Below, piece after piece: positions 1 through 11,506 of a stretch of DNA of 64,000 bases. The stretch lies in NCBI GenBank assembly GCA_965197905.1, contig CBDAOB010000004.1, forward strand, positions 1,632,001-1,696,000. The letters are read 5' to 3'. The stretch comes from Candidatus Latescibacterota bacterium (GTDB lineage: Bacteria; Latescibacterota; UBA2968; UBA8231). The number at the start of each line of letters is the position of its first letter. Positions within the stretch are counted from its first letter, which is position 1. A model generated the notes under the pieces. That model saw only the letters and a list, made by a program, of their open reading frames with translations. It searched no databases and was not told the DNA's origin. The translations under genes and the position numbers were made by a program.

Positions 1-29
1 GTGTAGGTGGTTCCTGCGAATCCGAACCT

Positions 30-503
30 CTAGTGCGGCGACCATTGGGTGTAGGGGTTGCGGGCCAGGTTGACGTTGTAGTACTCGGCCTGGCCGGTTA
101 CCTCATCTCCGACCCAGGGCGGCTTGGCGAACGCCTGCTGCGTGCTGGCTAGCTCTACTTCGGCCACCTTCAGCCCTTGATTAACCCCATGGAACAGATC
201 CACATCCCACAAGGTACCGCCAAACTCGATCTTGTAGCGGGTCTTTTCGATGAGCGGCTCGCCGCAAAGGAGATCGAGCATGTCCCTCGCGTCGACGACC
301 GGAATTTGATACTCGAACTCGCGGCGGCTGATGCCGGCATCGGCCCCTTTTACGGTCAGGTAAGCCCGGTCGCCGATAACGCGCACCCGCACGGTGGTAG
401 TTCCTGCCGACGGAAGGTACCCCTGCCGACACTCTAGTCCCGCCTCGGCTCTGAGAAATTCGGTATCGATCACCAAAAATTTTCGTTCGATCTCATACGC
501 CAT
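30..503 (-). CDS. CYTH-domain protein (triphosphate tunnel metalloenzyme / class IV adenylate cyclase-like)
   Basis: N-terminal EIERKFLV (ExExK), RVRV..YLTVKG, REFEY, EKTRY, AEVEL motifs; GGGAGAG RBS. Confidence 0.92.
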   Translation of the reverse strand: MAYEIERKFLVIDTEFLRAEAGLECRQGYLPSAGTTTVRVRVIGDRAYLTVKGADAGISRREFEYQIPVVDARDMLDLLCGEPLIEKTRYKIEFGGTLWDVDLFHGVNQGLKVAEVELASTQQAFAKPPWVGDEVTGQAEYYNVNLARNPYTQWSPH

Positions 504-550
504 CGGCGTTCTCTCCCTTCACCCACATCAAGAGTCAGCGCGGCACGTGT

Positions 551-1942
551 CTACTTCTCCGTAAGATAACCTACGTCAGCGAGCTGTCGCCTGAACTCGG
601 CGTAACGCTCGTCGTAGACGCCTCTGCGCGTCAAATCCGGTTCAAACTGTCGTTCGATGCGCACCATCGAAGCCGCCGCGTCCCAGACGTTTTCGAAGTG
701 GCTACTCGAGGCCGCTAACACGGCACTGCCAAAAGCCGCCGCCGGGTGCGCCGGACGGTGGATGCAGCGGCCGGCAACATCGGCTCTCAGTTGCAGCCAG
801 GGATCGCTGCCACTGGCGGCGCCGGTGCTGAATATCGCCGAATCGCTTTTGCCCGCCACACCGTCTAACACCTCGTACCCCCTTCTCTCTAATAGTGCCG
901 TCCCCTGCAAACAAGCGGCGTAGTGTATCAGGGGGTAGGCCAGGTGCGGGGATGGAAGGAACGCACCCGCAGCCTCGTCCCACTCCGGCGGCTGCGCCTG
1001 GGGGAACAGCTCTGGAACCCACGCCGCTCCGGTATTGCTGGCAGCTCCGGGCAACCAGAGTCCGGCGGGCAGCTTGTGGGAGTAGATCTGAACCAGCGCA
1101 TCGACGGCGGGCTCCGGCGCCAACCGTTTGAAGATCAGGGTCGTGCCTAGGGAGGTATTGTCATCACCCGGTTGAGTGGCGCCCGAGGCGAGGAATCCGG
1201 CGGTGCCGTCGGTCGTTCCGGCCACGATCGCCAACCCGGACGGAAGCCGGCACACGGCGGCGGCTTGCGGACAAACACCTCCCACCACCTCACCGGGTGC
1301 GACGACGTTTGGCAGCCGCTCCGCGACACCTTCTTCGGCGCACAGCCAAGGGGGCCAGGATTGCTCCCAAAGATCGTACCCGGTCTTCAACGCATTGTTG
1401 AAATCGGTCGTCCCGTACTCCCCCGTGAGGAAAGCCATCGCGAAGTCCGCTTGATGCACAAACCAGCGGGTCTTTTCGAAGATGGCTGGTTCGCGCAGGC
1501 GCATCCAGCGAATCTTCGCGGCGGCAAATGAAGCTTCGATCCGATAGCCACGCTCTGCCCACCACGGACCCGCGAGCTCGGTAAGCTCTGCCGCCTCCTG
1601 CCGCGCTCGTGGATCGTTATACATAAGCGCGGGGCGCAAGACGGTGCCTTCCCCATCGACGGGAACTACGGTGCCCGAGGTGCCGTCCACGGCCACTGCC
1701 GCCACCTCGTTGCGACGGGTGCCCAGCTCGTTTCCTAGATGGCTCAGGGTCTGGATCAGGGCCTGACGCCAGGCGTCGGGCGACTGCTCGTGAGCCCCGT
1801 CGGTACCGACAGAGACGCCGCTTTCGTACCGGTGTTCAGCCCGGCTCACCAATTCGCCTGCGGCCGTAGTGACCAGTGCCCTCACGCCGGTGGTACCCAG
1901 GTCCACGCCGACGAACAAAGCCTGCTCCCGTCGCCGGTTCAC
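551..1942 (-). CDS. FGGY-family carbohydrate kinase (probable short internal deletion near 928)
   Basis: GVDLGTTGVRA, DGTSGT, LMYNDPRA, GTTDG, SLGTTL motifs; the GERFP-type segment usually following YPL is absent (LAYPL|IHYAACLQG). Confidence 0.88.
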   Translation of the reverse strand: MNRRREQALFVGVDLGTTGVRALVTTAAGELVSRAEHRYESGVSVGTDGAHEQSPDAWRQALIQTLSHLGNELGTRRNEVAAVAVDGTSGTVVPVDGEGTVLRPALMYNDPRARQEAAELTELAGPWWAERGYRIEASFAAAKIRWMRLREPAIFEKTRWFVHQADFAMAFLTGEYGTTDFNNALKTGYDLWEQSWPPWLCAEEGVAERLPNVVAPGEVVGGVCPQAAAVCRLPSGLAIVAGTTDGTAGFLASGATQPGDDNTSLGTTLIFKRLAPEPAVDALVQIYSHKLPAGLWLPGAASNTGAAWVPELFPQAQPPEWDEAAGAFLPSPHLAYPLIHYAACLQGTALLERRGYEVLDGVAGKSDSAIFSTGAASGSDPWLQLRADVAGRCIHRPAHPAAAFGSAVLAASSSHFENVWDAAASMVRIERQFEPDLTRRGVYDERYAEFRRQLADVGYLTEK

Positions 1943-2068
1943 ACGGGATTTGCCGGGCTTGCCAGGGGTGCTGGCGGGTAATCACCAAAGCCCTGGGAAC
2001 CGCTGCGCTGACCATTGACGGAGACCGTAGGCATACATTTCATAACGCTCGTGACTTCAGTGGCCGAA

Positions 2069-2805
2069 ATGGTATCCGACAAGGACCCATCAACCGAAGC
2101 CGTTCCCGTGCTCGTGGTCGACGACGACGTGGCCATTCTCGAGCTCTGCGCCCGCTAACGAGCCGCGGGTACGCCGTCGACATGGCGATGAACGCCGAGG
2201 AGGCGTTGCGCCGCGCGGAGGAGAATCCGTACCGGGTGATTCTGCTCGACCTCAAGTTGCCCGGGATGGATGGCATGGCCTGCATGCGGCGTTTAAAGGA
2301 ACAGGGCTGCCGCGCCGCAATCGTTATGGTCACCGGCTACGGCACCATTCCGGCAGCGGTCGAAGCGATGACGTTCGGTGCGCTGGATTTCCTCGAGAAG
2401 CCATTTAACCCCGACCTGCTGGTGGCGAAGGTCCAGGAGATCATTGCGCGCCAGGATAGGAGCGCCAAGCTGTCGGACGACCCGTTGGTAGCGTTCATCC
2501 AGGAACACGCCACGGAGGTGAACTCACGGCGCGACGTCGCCACCCAGTTGGGTGTGAGCCTCGAACAGGTCTCGCACCGCGTCCAGACGGCCACGGGCCA
2601 GTCGTTCAGGCAGTTTCTCCACACCTGCCGTCTCGACCTCTCCAAGCGCTTGCTGGAGTCCTCGGAAATGAACATTTCCCAGATCGCCAAGCGCGCCGGC
2701 TTTCAGACGGTGCAACACTTCAGCAGAGTTTTCCGGCGCTATGTCGGCGTGTCGCCGAAACAATACCGTCTTCAGAGTCGAGCCAGTATCAGCGGCCGCT
2801 CCTGA
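2069..2805 (+). pseudogene. Response regulator, REC + AraC-type HTH, frameshifted near 2155
   Basis: ATG 2069 frame gives VLVVDDDVAILELCAR*; another frame continues LTSRGY...LLDLKLPGMDG...TGYG...LEKPF, then AraC motif ISQIAKRAGFQTVQHFSRVFRRYVGVSPKQYR. Confidence 0.85.
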
Positions 2806-2821
2806 GCCGGGTCGGCGGCAG

Positions 2822-3668
2822 TCACACATTCTCCCGCGTCCAATCACCGTCGATCCAACGCCACATGCCGTCCGCAAGGTTCGCATCGCGCAACTCCGCG
2901 GGCAACCGATGCTCCCGCACGTTGTCGTAACACTGCAACATGGCGAATCGGCGGATGGAGGCGGGGAGGCCGACAGCGGTGAATCCGGGGTGACCGGTGG
3001 CGGGATAGGGGCCGCCGTGATTCATCGCCGGGGACACCGCTACGCCGGTGGGCATCTTGTCGTTGAGCAGCCGTCCCACGCAGATGCGCAGCCGCGGTTC
3101 GAGACGACGATAACTTTCGTCGTCGGCGTCGCCGCTGTGGCTGTAGATGCAACCGGTGAGATTGCCCTCGAACTGGTCCACGACCGCCGCCGCTTCGTCG
3201 AGATCGGTCGCCACTACACATAGACTCGCGTTGCCAAACGCCTCCTCCTGAAGGCGCTACGGTTGGCGCAGAAATTCGTCGCCCGCCACGCGCAGCAAGG
3301 TATTCTCAAAGCGGTACCCCGAACCCTCCTCCACGGTCCCACCCGCCAGCAGCTGCGCCCCGGCAGCGCAAAGCAGCTTCGTGTTGCGCTCCATGCCCTC
3401 CTGTACGGCGCGACTCAACAAGGTTCCCACGGCGGCGGCTTGAAAGCTCGCTGCCGTCTGCTGCAAAAATCGATCGCTGGCCGCATCGGCGAGAAGGAGA
3501 ACCAGACCGGGGTTGGTACAGAATTGACCCGTCCCCATCAGACATGAGGTGCTGAACTCCTCAGCGATCTCGGAACCCCTCTCGGAGAGGGCACCGGGCA
3601 GGATGACGACGGGGTTGATGCTGCTCAGCTCGAGATAGATCGGTTTTCCCGCGGCGTCGGCCGCGCGT
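2822..3668 (-). pseudogene. 3' half of an NADP+-aldehyde dehydrogenase (alpha-ketoglutarate semialdehyde dehydrogenase-like); 5' half missing, in-frame TAG at 3257-3259
   Basis: PIYLELSSINPVV, MGTGQFCTNPGL (catalytic Cys), then P*RLQEEAFG in the same frame, GRLLNDKMPTGVAVSPAMNHGGPYPAT. Confidence 0.85.
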
Positions 3669-4193
3669 TTGCGCGAAGTAGCAGCTCCGCCGCCTACGGC
3701 CCGGGTGAAAAAGCTGCTCGCTGAACTGGGCGACCTACCGGCGGAAGCAGAGGAAGAAGCCCGCACCATCGATGCCCTACAGGTCGAGAACCGGAATCTG
3801 AAACGGCAGCTGCGTTTGAAGCCGGTGCCGGAGATCGACGAGAAGGCGGTCGACCGCGCGGTTTCCCAGGCCATTCGCAATACCGATAGAGCCTACGAGA
3901 AGGTGGTAAAGAAGCTCGAACAGGACCTCGGCCGGCAAACAAGGGCCCACGTTGAGCCTTCTGAGCGGCCGGAAATCGTTGTTCCTCGCGCTACGGAATC
4001 AGCAAGGCCCGCCAGAGTGGCAACTGCGCCGAGGGTTGCGTCGCCAAGTTCAAACGGCATCCCCAAGGGCGGTGCCATGCGCATGCTAAAAGCGGCGGTG
4101 ATGCTCTACCCTGAGCCGATTACCCGACAGCGCATGGCAACCCTGGCGGGCCTGAAACTTAGGCACCGCAGAACTTGCTGCAGGCAAAGTTAA
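3669..4193 (+). pseudogene. Gene fragment: coiled coil plus start of a winged-helix-like segment, resembling C-terminal parts of mobile-element DUF87/HerA-like ATPases
   Basis: KKLLAELGDLPAEAEEEARTIDALQVENRNLKRQL coiled coil; RMLKAAVMLYPEPITRQRMATLAGLK; abuts the truncated ALDH with no RBS or clear start. Confidence 0.4.
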
Positions 4194-4272
4194 ATATTAG
4201 ATTCATCATCTCAATTGTTTGATCAATGACAATCATGTGTAGTAATAGTAGTAATAGTGGAGGAATATAGTT

Positions 4273-5376
4273 ATGAAAACCACACAATACCCCCACCACT
4301 TGTTATTCTCGGCTCTCGCGCTCATCGCAGGGGGTTTACTATTGGCCCCGGCTGCTTCGGCCCAATCCGACCCCGATGAGTTGACTCGCTTCTCTGTCGG
4401 AAGCAATGTGGGCGGCCTGTTGCCCAGCACCGAGTTAGAAGATGAGATCAACGTACTGGGATCTATCTATGTTCGGCGCGACATTGTTTCCAAATGGCAA
4501 TTCGAATTGAACGGAGGCTACAAGCGGATCAATTCCTCTGACTCGGGAGTCGATGTCGGGATGGTCAGCGGCCGCCTCCTGTTCAGTCCCGTCGTCCGCA
4601 GGCAGTGGGATCTATACTTATCCAGCGGTATTGGCATCCTGCGCTACGATTGGGATCAGCCCAATATTTCGCCTTTACGCACGCCCGGACTGGACGGCAT
4701 CGGCTCCGTTCCCATGATTCCGTTGGGTACCGGGGTCCGGTATAAATTATCAGACAATCTGGCTTTGGAAGTCGCTCTCGGCTATACGATGGCCCTCAGC
4801 GACGCCATCAATGCAGTCGAAGACGGAGGTAACGACGCTTTGTGGCGAGGGACGATCGGTCTGACGCTCGGCCGCTTCGGCGACAAATCGGCCCGTCGGA
4901 CCGCTCCGGCGGTCTCCGTAGCGCAGATGGATACGGACGGAAACGAATTCACTGATGACGAAGTGGAAGCCACGCAGCCCCAAACCGAACCCGATACGGC
5001 CGATACCGACGACGAGGAGCGCTTCGTGGAAATGCCCATGCCCATAGCTCAGCGCACTGTCCTGTTCGACCTGAACTTGGCGGATCTGTCCGGCGAAGCC
5101 GAACAGATCCTTGACGGCGTAACCCAGGATCTGATGGCGCGCCCAGGGGTGGCGGTGGTGCTGCGGGGTCACACCGATAGTAGTGGCCCCAACTTGTACA
5201 ATACCAAGTTGGGCATGAAGCGGTGCCTGGCGGTCGAGAATTATATGATATCGAACGGGATTGACGCCGGACGTATGCGCCTCGAATCCAAGGGCGAGAG
5301 CGAGCCGGCCAGCCCTAATGCCACGGCGGCTGGGCGCGCATTGAACCGCCGCGTGGAGATCATCCCGGTTGAGTAG
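4273..5376 (+). CDS. OmpA-family outer membrane protein (N-terminal beta-barrel, acidic linker, OmpA C-terminal domain)
   Basis: GGAGG RBS, signal peptide (ASA-Q), alternating beta strands, GHTDSSG..YNTKLGMKR, NRRVEI. Confidence 0.92.
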   Translation: MKTTQYPHHLLFSALALIAGGLLLAPAASAQSDPDELTRFSVGSNVGGLLPSTELEDEINVLGSIYVRRDIVSKWQFELNGGYKRINSSDSGVDVGMVSGRLLFSPVVRRQWDLYLSSGIGILRYDWDQPNISPLRTPGLDGIGSVPMIPLGTGVRYKLSDNLALEVALGYTMALSDAINAVEDGGNDALWRGTIGLTLGRFGDKSARRTAPAVSVAQMDTDGNEFTDDEVEATQPQTEPDTADTDDEERFVEMPMPIAQRTVLFDLNLADLSGEAEQILDGVTQDLMARPGVAVVLRGHTDSSGPNLYNTKLGMKRCLAVENYMISNGIDAGRMRLESKGESEPASPNATAAGRALNRRVEIIPVE

Positions 5377-5739
5377 GCCAGTCTTCGCGGCATCGTCGGG
5401 TATCTATCGGTCGCAGGCGGCAGCCAGCTTTCCCATAAGCATTCGGGTGGTCCTTGGAAAAGCGGGTGCGCGACGGGAAGTTGTGGAGCGGGTTGGAGCG
5501 GAGCGTCTTGTCTGTCCAGCGCATCAGGCCCTCGACGAAGTGCAGCGCGTCCTCGTAATCGTGCTGCCGTGGCGGTCTGGCCCTTGTCGAGGATAAAGAA
5601 AGAGCGCGATGTCCTCTTTTGAAGCCCGAGAGTCGGTCGATGTTGGCCCGGATCGTGACCGTGGACGCCCCCCGGTCGAAAAAGAACTCTCCTTCCCCCC
5701 GTCAAGTCCCCCCCGCTCCTCGTCACCGGCCAGGGGGCA

Positions 5740-6220
5740 GGAAGGACACAGGCTGGATCGATTCAAAGCCGTGTTCATGTTCAATTTCGTCGACTACATC
5801 GACTGGCCCGATGCTGCCGGCGACAGTCTGTTCACCTTTGGAGTCCTTGGGGAAAGTCCCATCGCGCTGCTGCTGCGGGAAGTCGCCGAACGCAAGAGCG
5901 ATGGCCGCAGAAAACTGAACGTCAGCGTGTATGGCGGAATCGACGAAGTGGGACCCTGTGAGATGCTATTTCTATCGCACGCCTTTGCGCCCCGGATGGA
6001 GGAATTGATCCGGGTTCTCGGAAAAAAGAACATCCTGACCATAGCCGACACTCCCGGGCTCGGCGCTCGCGGCGCGGCGATCAACTTCTACGTAAAGCGC
6101 GACAAGCTGAGATTCGAAATCAACAGGGAGTGCCTGAAGCGCGCCGGTCTCTACGCCAGCTCACAGCTGCTGAAGTTGGCTACCCTGGTCGACAGCAAAG
6201 AGCCGGGGGCGGACAAATGA
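5740..6220 (+). CDS. YfiR-family (DUF4154) periplasmic protein; 5' end/signal peptide apparently lost
   Basis: KAVFMFNFVDYIDWP, ILTIAD, AINFY..DKLRFEIN, SSQLLKLA; the upstream ORF extension looks unrelated. Confidence 0.85.
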
Positions 6221-6284
6221 GACTCAGGAAAAAGCTCATCCTCATTCAAATCCTGACCGCGTCCATCGTGCTCGTCCTGGCGAG
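6217..6284 (+). pseudogene. First ~22 codons of a membrane sensor (YfiR partner), truncated
   Basis: ATGA overlap with the YfiR stop; MRLRKKLILIQILTASIVLVLA is a typical sensor first TM helix. Confidence 0.6.
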
Positions 6285-6591
6285 AGGGATCATCCGGCAC
6301 GACGCCTTGGTGGAGGCCGCCCAGCAGGAGGCCAGCGAAAACCTGCAGACGATGGTCGAAGCGGGCCGGGAGGAACACGCCCTGTCGGGGCCGGTGCTGG
6401 CCGTGCGCAAGCGGCTGCCCTGGCTACAGGTCACAATCTGGCCACGGACTGTTCTAGCCGCTTCGGTGGTGGCCCTTTTCGAGGGTACCATAGCCCAGTT
6501 CACGGCTCTGGCCGTCTTTTTGCCGGTGGTCGCCGGCCAATCTGGCAATACCGGAGCTCAGGCTCTGGCCGTGACCATGCGTACGAGTTGA
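6285..6591 (+). pseudogene. mgtE: Internal fragment of MgtE magnesium transporter
   Basis: GIIRHDALV, RKRLPWLQV, LAVFLPVVAGQSGNTGAQALAVTMR. Confidence 0.85.
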
Positions 6592-6909
6592 GATCCCGTC
6601 CGATCTTCAAGGGCAAGAAATGCAATTACCAGGTCTCTGTCACGGCGGGCAGCGTCGCTGGTTGGATTCCTCGAAGAGTCGGTTACCCTCGGCAGCATCA
6701 TACATACCGACGGTTGGGGCGACTACCGTCCCCTCGCGACCACGGGCTATGACCACAGGCGCAGGACGCAAGGACGGGCGACGAACCGATGGCGGCCTTT
6801 CAGTCGCTCCTCGGACTCACCAGCCAGCACGAACCGACCACATATAATGTGTTGTATGGTTGTATGATGGTGAACAAACCGAATAGGCCCAAGTCCTTTT
6901 AGGTCGAAA

Positions 6910-7205
6910 ATCTCTGGAGGATTACAAAAAACGCTGGGATTGAAGTGCTTTTCGCAGCCCTGAAAAGCCGTGGCTTCGATCTGGAGCAAAACCATCTCAT
7001 TCACATCGAACGCATCGAAAAACTCATCGCAACTTTTGGCTATTGCCTTTACTTGGGCCCATCTTGTGGGGGAGTGGATCGCTCAAACCCAACCGCTCAA
7101 GATCAAAAAACACGGACGCAAAGAGAAAAGATGGGTTGGATCGTCTGCAGTATGTGTTGCTCCTGGATCCTTGTATAGGCAAATTAAGGCTTGTCGTGTC
7201 CTGCA
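6910..7205 (+). mobile_element. IS4-family transposase 3' remnant, multiply frameshifted
   Basis: Y-KKRW-(G)IEVLFAALKSRGFDLE (YREK signature) and LLAIAFTWAHLVGEW..PLKIKKHGRK spread across frames; lower GC. Confidence 0.8.
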
Positions 7206-7256
7206 TCTATATTGTAATTTATCAGATCGAGAGATTGACTGAACCATGGAGGGTCT

Positions 7257-9933
7257 GTGCAAAAGAGAATAGATACAAACCTAGCATCATTCCCGGCCAG
7301 CTTGATACGCCCATTCGGGACGACTGTCCTGAGTCTCATCCTCGTCGGTTCGCTCCTCGTCGGGAAGGCAGCATGGTCTGAGGAGGCTGAAGAATCAGAG
7401 ACGGTTGCAGAAGAAACCGGCTTTCAGGAAGAGGCTACCGGCAAGGGAGGGGCTGACACCACCGTCGTCTACACCCTCGAACTCGGCATGCACCGCGCTC
7501 TGTGAAGGAATCGGCCGCGCCCGTGGACGTGCTGCATGCGGCAGAGCTGCGCACCCAGGCCGCCGTCGATATGGATGACATCCTGCGCAATCTGGTCCCG
7601 TCGTACAATATCCAGAAACACGGCATTGACGACGAAGCGACCCTGGTGCGCCCCGCCACCCTCCGGGGCCTGCCGCCGGACCACCTGCTGGTGCTGGTCG
7701 ATGGCAAGCGCCGCCATCGCTCCGGCGTGATCGCGCTGCTGGGCAGTTCGCTCAATGCGGGCTCGCAGGGACCCGATCTGAGCGTGATTCCGATCATTGC
7801 CATCGAGCAGATGGAGATTCTCCGCGACGGGGCCGCGGCGCAGTACGGTTCCGACGCCATCGCCGGCGTGCTGAACATGAGACTGCGCAACGCCGCCCAA
7901 GGAGTGTTGCTGGAGATACGCGGTGGCCAGTACTTCGAGGGCGACGGCCGCCTCACCCAGGCCGCCGCCAACGTCGGCCTGCCGCTGACCCAGGACGGGT
8001 TCTTCAACTTCAGCCTCGAGTACCGCCAGCTCGATCCGACCATACGCAGCGGCACCCGCGCCAATGCCGCGACCCTGAGCGAGCGAGGCTATCCCGTCGA
8101 AGACCCGGCGCAGATCTGGGGCAGCCCCGACGTCGACGGCGCCTGGAACACCTTCTTCAACGCCGGGGTCGATCTCGGCAACGGGGCTGAAGCCTACGGC
8201 TTTGGCGGCTGGGCCAAGCGCCGGACCGAGGGGGGATTCTTCTTCCGCGCTCCGGGCACCTCCTCGGCGCGCGGCGGCGTCTTTCGCGTCGGCAATGAAC
8301 GGGCTGTCGCCGATCTCGACCTCGACGACGACATCGACCCCTCGACCGTGGACGTGCCCTCCCTGGACGCCAGCTTCGAGGAGGTCCAGGCTTTCGTCGA
8401 CCGCTACCAGGGCGATCTATTCCTCTTCAACGAGCGCTTTCCCGGCGGTTTCACGCCGCGCTTCGGCGCCGACATCCGCGATCTGAGTCTGGTGGCCGGG
8501 CTGCGCGGCCAACGGGACAGCGGCCTCAAGTGGGACGCCAGCGTCAGCGCCGCCCGCAGCAACATCGAGTTCTTCATCTTCAACACCATCAACGCCTCGC
8601 TGGGGCCGGCTACGTCGACCTCGTTCCGCCCGCGCGACTACATCCAGACCGAAGTAGCGGCCGACCTCGACTTCTCCTACGCCGTGGGGGTGGGCGCCCT
8701 GGCCTCGCCCCTCGACGTCGCCTGGGGCGCGGAATGGCGCCAGGAGACCTTCGAGTCGGTGGCCGGCGATCTGGCCTCGTACCAGGCCGGCCCTTTCTCC
8801 GATCAGGGCTTCAGCATCGGTTCCAACGGCTACCAGGGGCTACATCCGAGGAACGCCGGCAAGTGGAGTCGCCCGAACTATGCCCTCTACCTGGACAGCT
8901 GGGCCTGGCGGTGCGTTACGAGGACTTCTACAAGGACTTCGGCAATACCCTCAACGGCAAGCTCTCGGCCCTATGGCGGGCTACCGACCGGGTCACCCTG
9001 CGCTCGACGGCCAACACCGGCTTCCGCGCCCCATCGCCCGGCCCGGCCAACTTGACCGCCGTGACCACCAGCTTCTCCGGCCTCGGCGGTCTGACCGAAC
9101 AGGGGCAGGTGCCGCCCACCCATCCCATCGCCGCGGCCCTGGGCGGCGTGGCGCTCACCGAGGAGGAGTCCGTGGGCTTCTCGGTCGGCACCGCCGTGGA
9201 ACTCACCGACGAACTCGAGCTAACCCTCGACTACTTCGACATCTCCGTCAAGGACCGCATCTCCCTGACCGGGAACATCGAGATTACGGAGGAGATCTCC
9301 CGGCTGATCCAGGAGAGGGAGGCCCTGAAGGGGGTCAGCGTTCTCCAGGAGATCAAGTTCTTCTCCAACGACTTCGACACCGGCACCCGGGGCATCGACC
9401 TGGTGCTGTCCTGGAGGCGGGTCTGGGACAGCCAGTCCTTGTCAACCGTCGACTTCGCCTGGAACTGGACCACCACCAACCTCGATGACTTTTCGCAGGT
9501 GCGGCGAGTCACGGAGTTCCTCGGTACGTCCTTGGACGAGCCGAACGACGTCAGCCTGTTGACGCGCCGGCGCCAGGTGGAACAGGAGCAGATGAACCCC
9601 GAGCACCGCCTGGTGCTCACCGGCCGCCATCAGTTGGGTTCCTGGAACGCCATGCTGCGGCCCAGCTATTTCGGCGACTGGAAGGCCTGCCGCTTCCAGG
9701 CCAATAGCTGTGGCGACCTCGATTCCTTCGACGGGAGCGTCATCGTCGACGCCGAAGCCGGCTACGCCATAAACGAGCGCTACCGGTTGGGGTTGGGGGT
9801 GCGGAATATGTTCGACTTGGTGCCCGATGCCGCCCCCAAGGAGACGGCGGGCCAGGGCAATCTGCGCCCGGCGAGCACCCCCTGGGATTACAACGGCGCC
9901 TTCTGGTACACGCGCTTGTTTGTGGAATTTTAG
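7257..9933 (+). pseudogene. TonB-dependent receptor split in three frames (breaks near 7485 and 8895)
   Basis: Signal peptide; plug motifs LRGLPPDHLLVLVDGKRRH and EILRDGAAAQYGSDAIAGVLN; TGFRAPS; C-terminal YTRLFVEF. Confidence 0.9.
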
Positions 9934-10104
9934 GGTGGAATTGGAAAGCTGCGGGGTCGCCGTGGGATGGTGGGCACAGTATCGGTGCCCATGTATTGGC
10001 CAGGAAGTGTAAAGTGTCTGAAGGGGAAATCAGGGGGTGGGGATGCCGCTTCGCTAGGCGCGGACCTGCACGTGGGATCGGTGGTCCAGGCTACGCATCC
10101 GGAG

Positions 10105-11284
10105 TTACTCGTACCACGACAGCACCTTGCCCGGGTAATAGGTCCCGCTGCCCCTGCCCACGGCGGGGTAGTAAGGAGGCGTCTGGGATACCAGCCGGTC
10201 GTCATACTCGAGATCCAGGACGTTGTTTCCGAGGGTGCCCTCTGTTTTCTGAGCGATCCCCCCGACCACGGTCAGCGTGCCAGCAGAGACCGAACTGCTA
10301 TGAACCGTGACCTGCCCCAGCGCCAGCATGGTGGCGTGGATCACCCGATCTTGAAAAGGGCCCGAATCTCCGACGACGATATCCTTCTCGCTGATAAGAC
10401 CGAGAAAGGTGTTCGTGTTCTTTTTCGTCAGGTCGCTGTGGATAAAGATCTCCTGATCGGACACCACGGTGACCTGGCCGTCCAGGCTACCCCCAACCTG
10501 GATCGGCGTGGTGCTGTGAATCACACCGTTCGAGGGTAACGGAACGATCTGTCCCGTAACTCCCGGCGCTTTGTAATAGACGCAGTTATCTTGAAAATTG
10601 ATATAGACCTTCTTCCCAGTGGTCGTAGTTCCCGCGTAGAATTGCACGTCACTGAGACCCGCCGTAGTGAGATCGGCCGCCGTGGGGAAGGAGACCGAGT
10701 CGGTGACGGCGAAAGAGCCGTTTCCGAGAAACTGCGGCAGGTCGGTGGAGTCGGCGGGAGGGGAGGGACTGAGGGCCCACATGTTCGGGCTGGTCACCGG
10801 TCCGGTAAAAACAGGATGCCCTTCTATGGTCAAAACCTGCCGTTGGTGTGGACCGGGCCAAAAAGGGTGTCTCCGCCTGTGTACTTGAGGTCGGAATTGG
10901 TGAAATAGGCATACTCGGAAAACCGTCTGCGCCGCCACGTGACAACCTTCTCAACCTCGACCTCACCCATTATCCCTTCGGAAGTGACCACGAAGACCAG
11001 GGTATCGCTCCCTACAACGCTCACAGAGTCGGCCTTCACCGTAACGACAGAGGTTCCACCCAACATATCTCTTTTGTCGCCCCCCCATCCACGCCAGTCG
11101 GAGTCTTTAACCAGTTCGCACAGGGCCATACGTGCCCCACTACTGGCGATCTCGCCGGCCTGGGCGCGGTTGGTATTGGTTCACGAGTCCATCCGACGAA
11201 GGCTTCCCCCACCTCGTTAAGATTGCTCTGGACCGCGCCGAAGGCGAAGACGAAGCCAGCGATGACAATTAAGCATTTACCCAT
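10105..11284 (-). pseudogene. PilX-like / DUF4900-like type IV pilus accessory protein, frameshifted twice (~11190, ~10845)
   Basis: Hydrophobic N-terminus MGKCLIVIAGFVFAFG; A.EIASSGARMAL; FSEYAYFTN, GPVHTNG; LGLISEKDI, LEYDDRL...PPYYP, VLSWYE. Confidence 0.65.
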
Positions 11285-11438
11285 GTCTTGGCTGCGTCTC
11301 CATACGCCCTGAACTCGTTGGCCCGTCGCCCTTGGGACCGGGCATCGACGGGGCCAGTGGCGTAGATTATCATGTTTTATTTAGATTATAATAATACCTT
11401 ATAACATACAATAATACCTGATGACATACTATTTTATA

Positions 11439-11450
11439 GGGGATTATATA
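11439..11450 (+). repeat. Putative IS1595 terminal sequence GGGGATTATATA (copy 1)
   Basis: Ends 56 bp before the transposase ATG; identical 12-mer at 13591-13602. Confidence 0.6.
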
Positions 11451-11506
11451 CTTGACTAAGCAGCCGATCTTTCGTCTATTAGTTGTAGGTAAGGAGGTTA
11501 TACGAA

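Noticed and set aside
3257..3259. In-frame TAG in the ALDH as pyrrolysine/readthrough
   Set aside because: The gene is also 5'-truncated, TAG ends many genes here, and no pyl genes are present; a substitution or error is simpler.
4236..4260. TAGTAA/TAG micro-repeat before ompA
   Set aside because: Short low-complexity AT-rich tract with no supportable function.
5380..5600. Minus-strand protein-like fragment (DYEDALHFVEGLMRWTDKTLRSNPLHNF)
   Set aside because: No start and no recognisable family; cannot be assigned.
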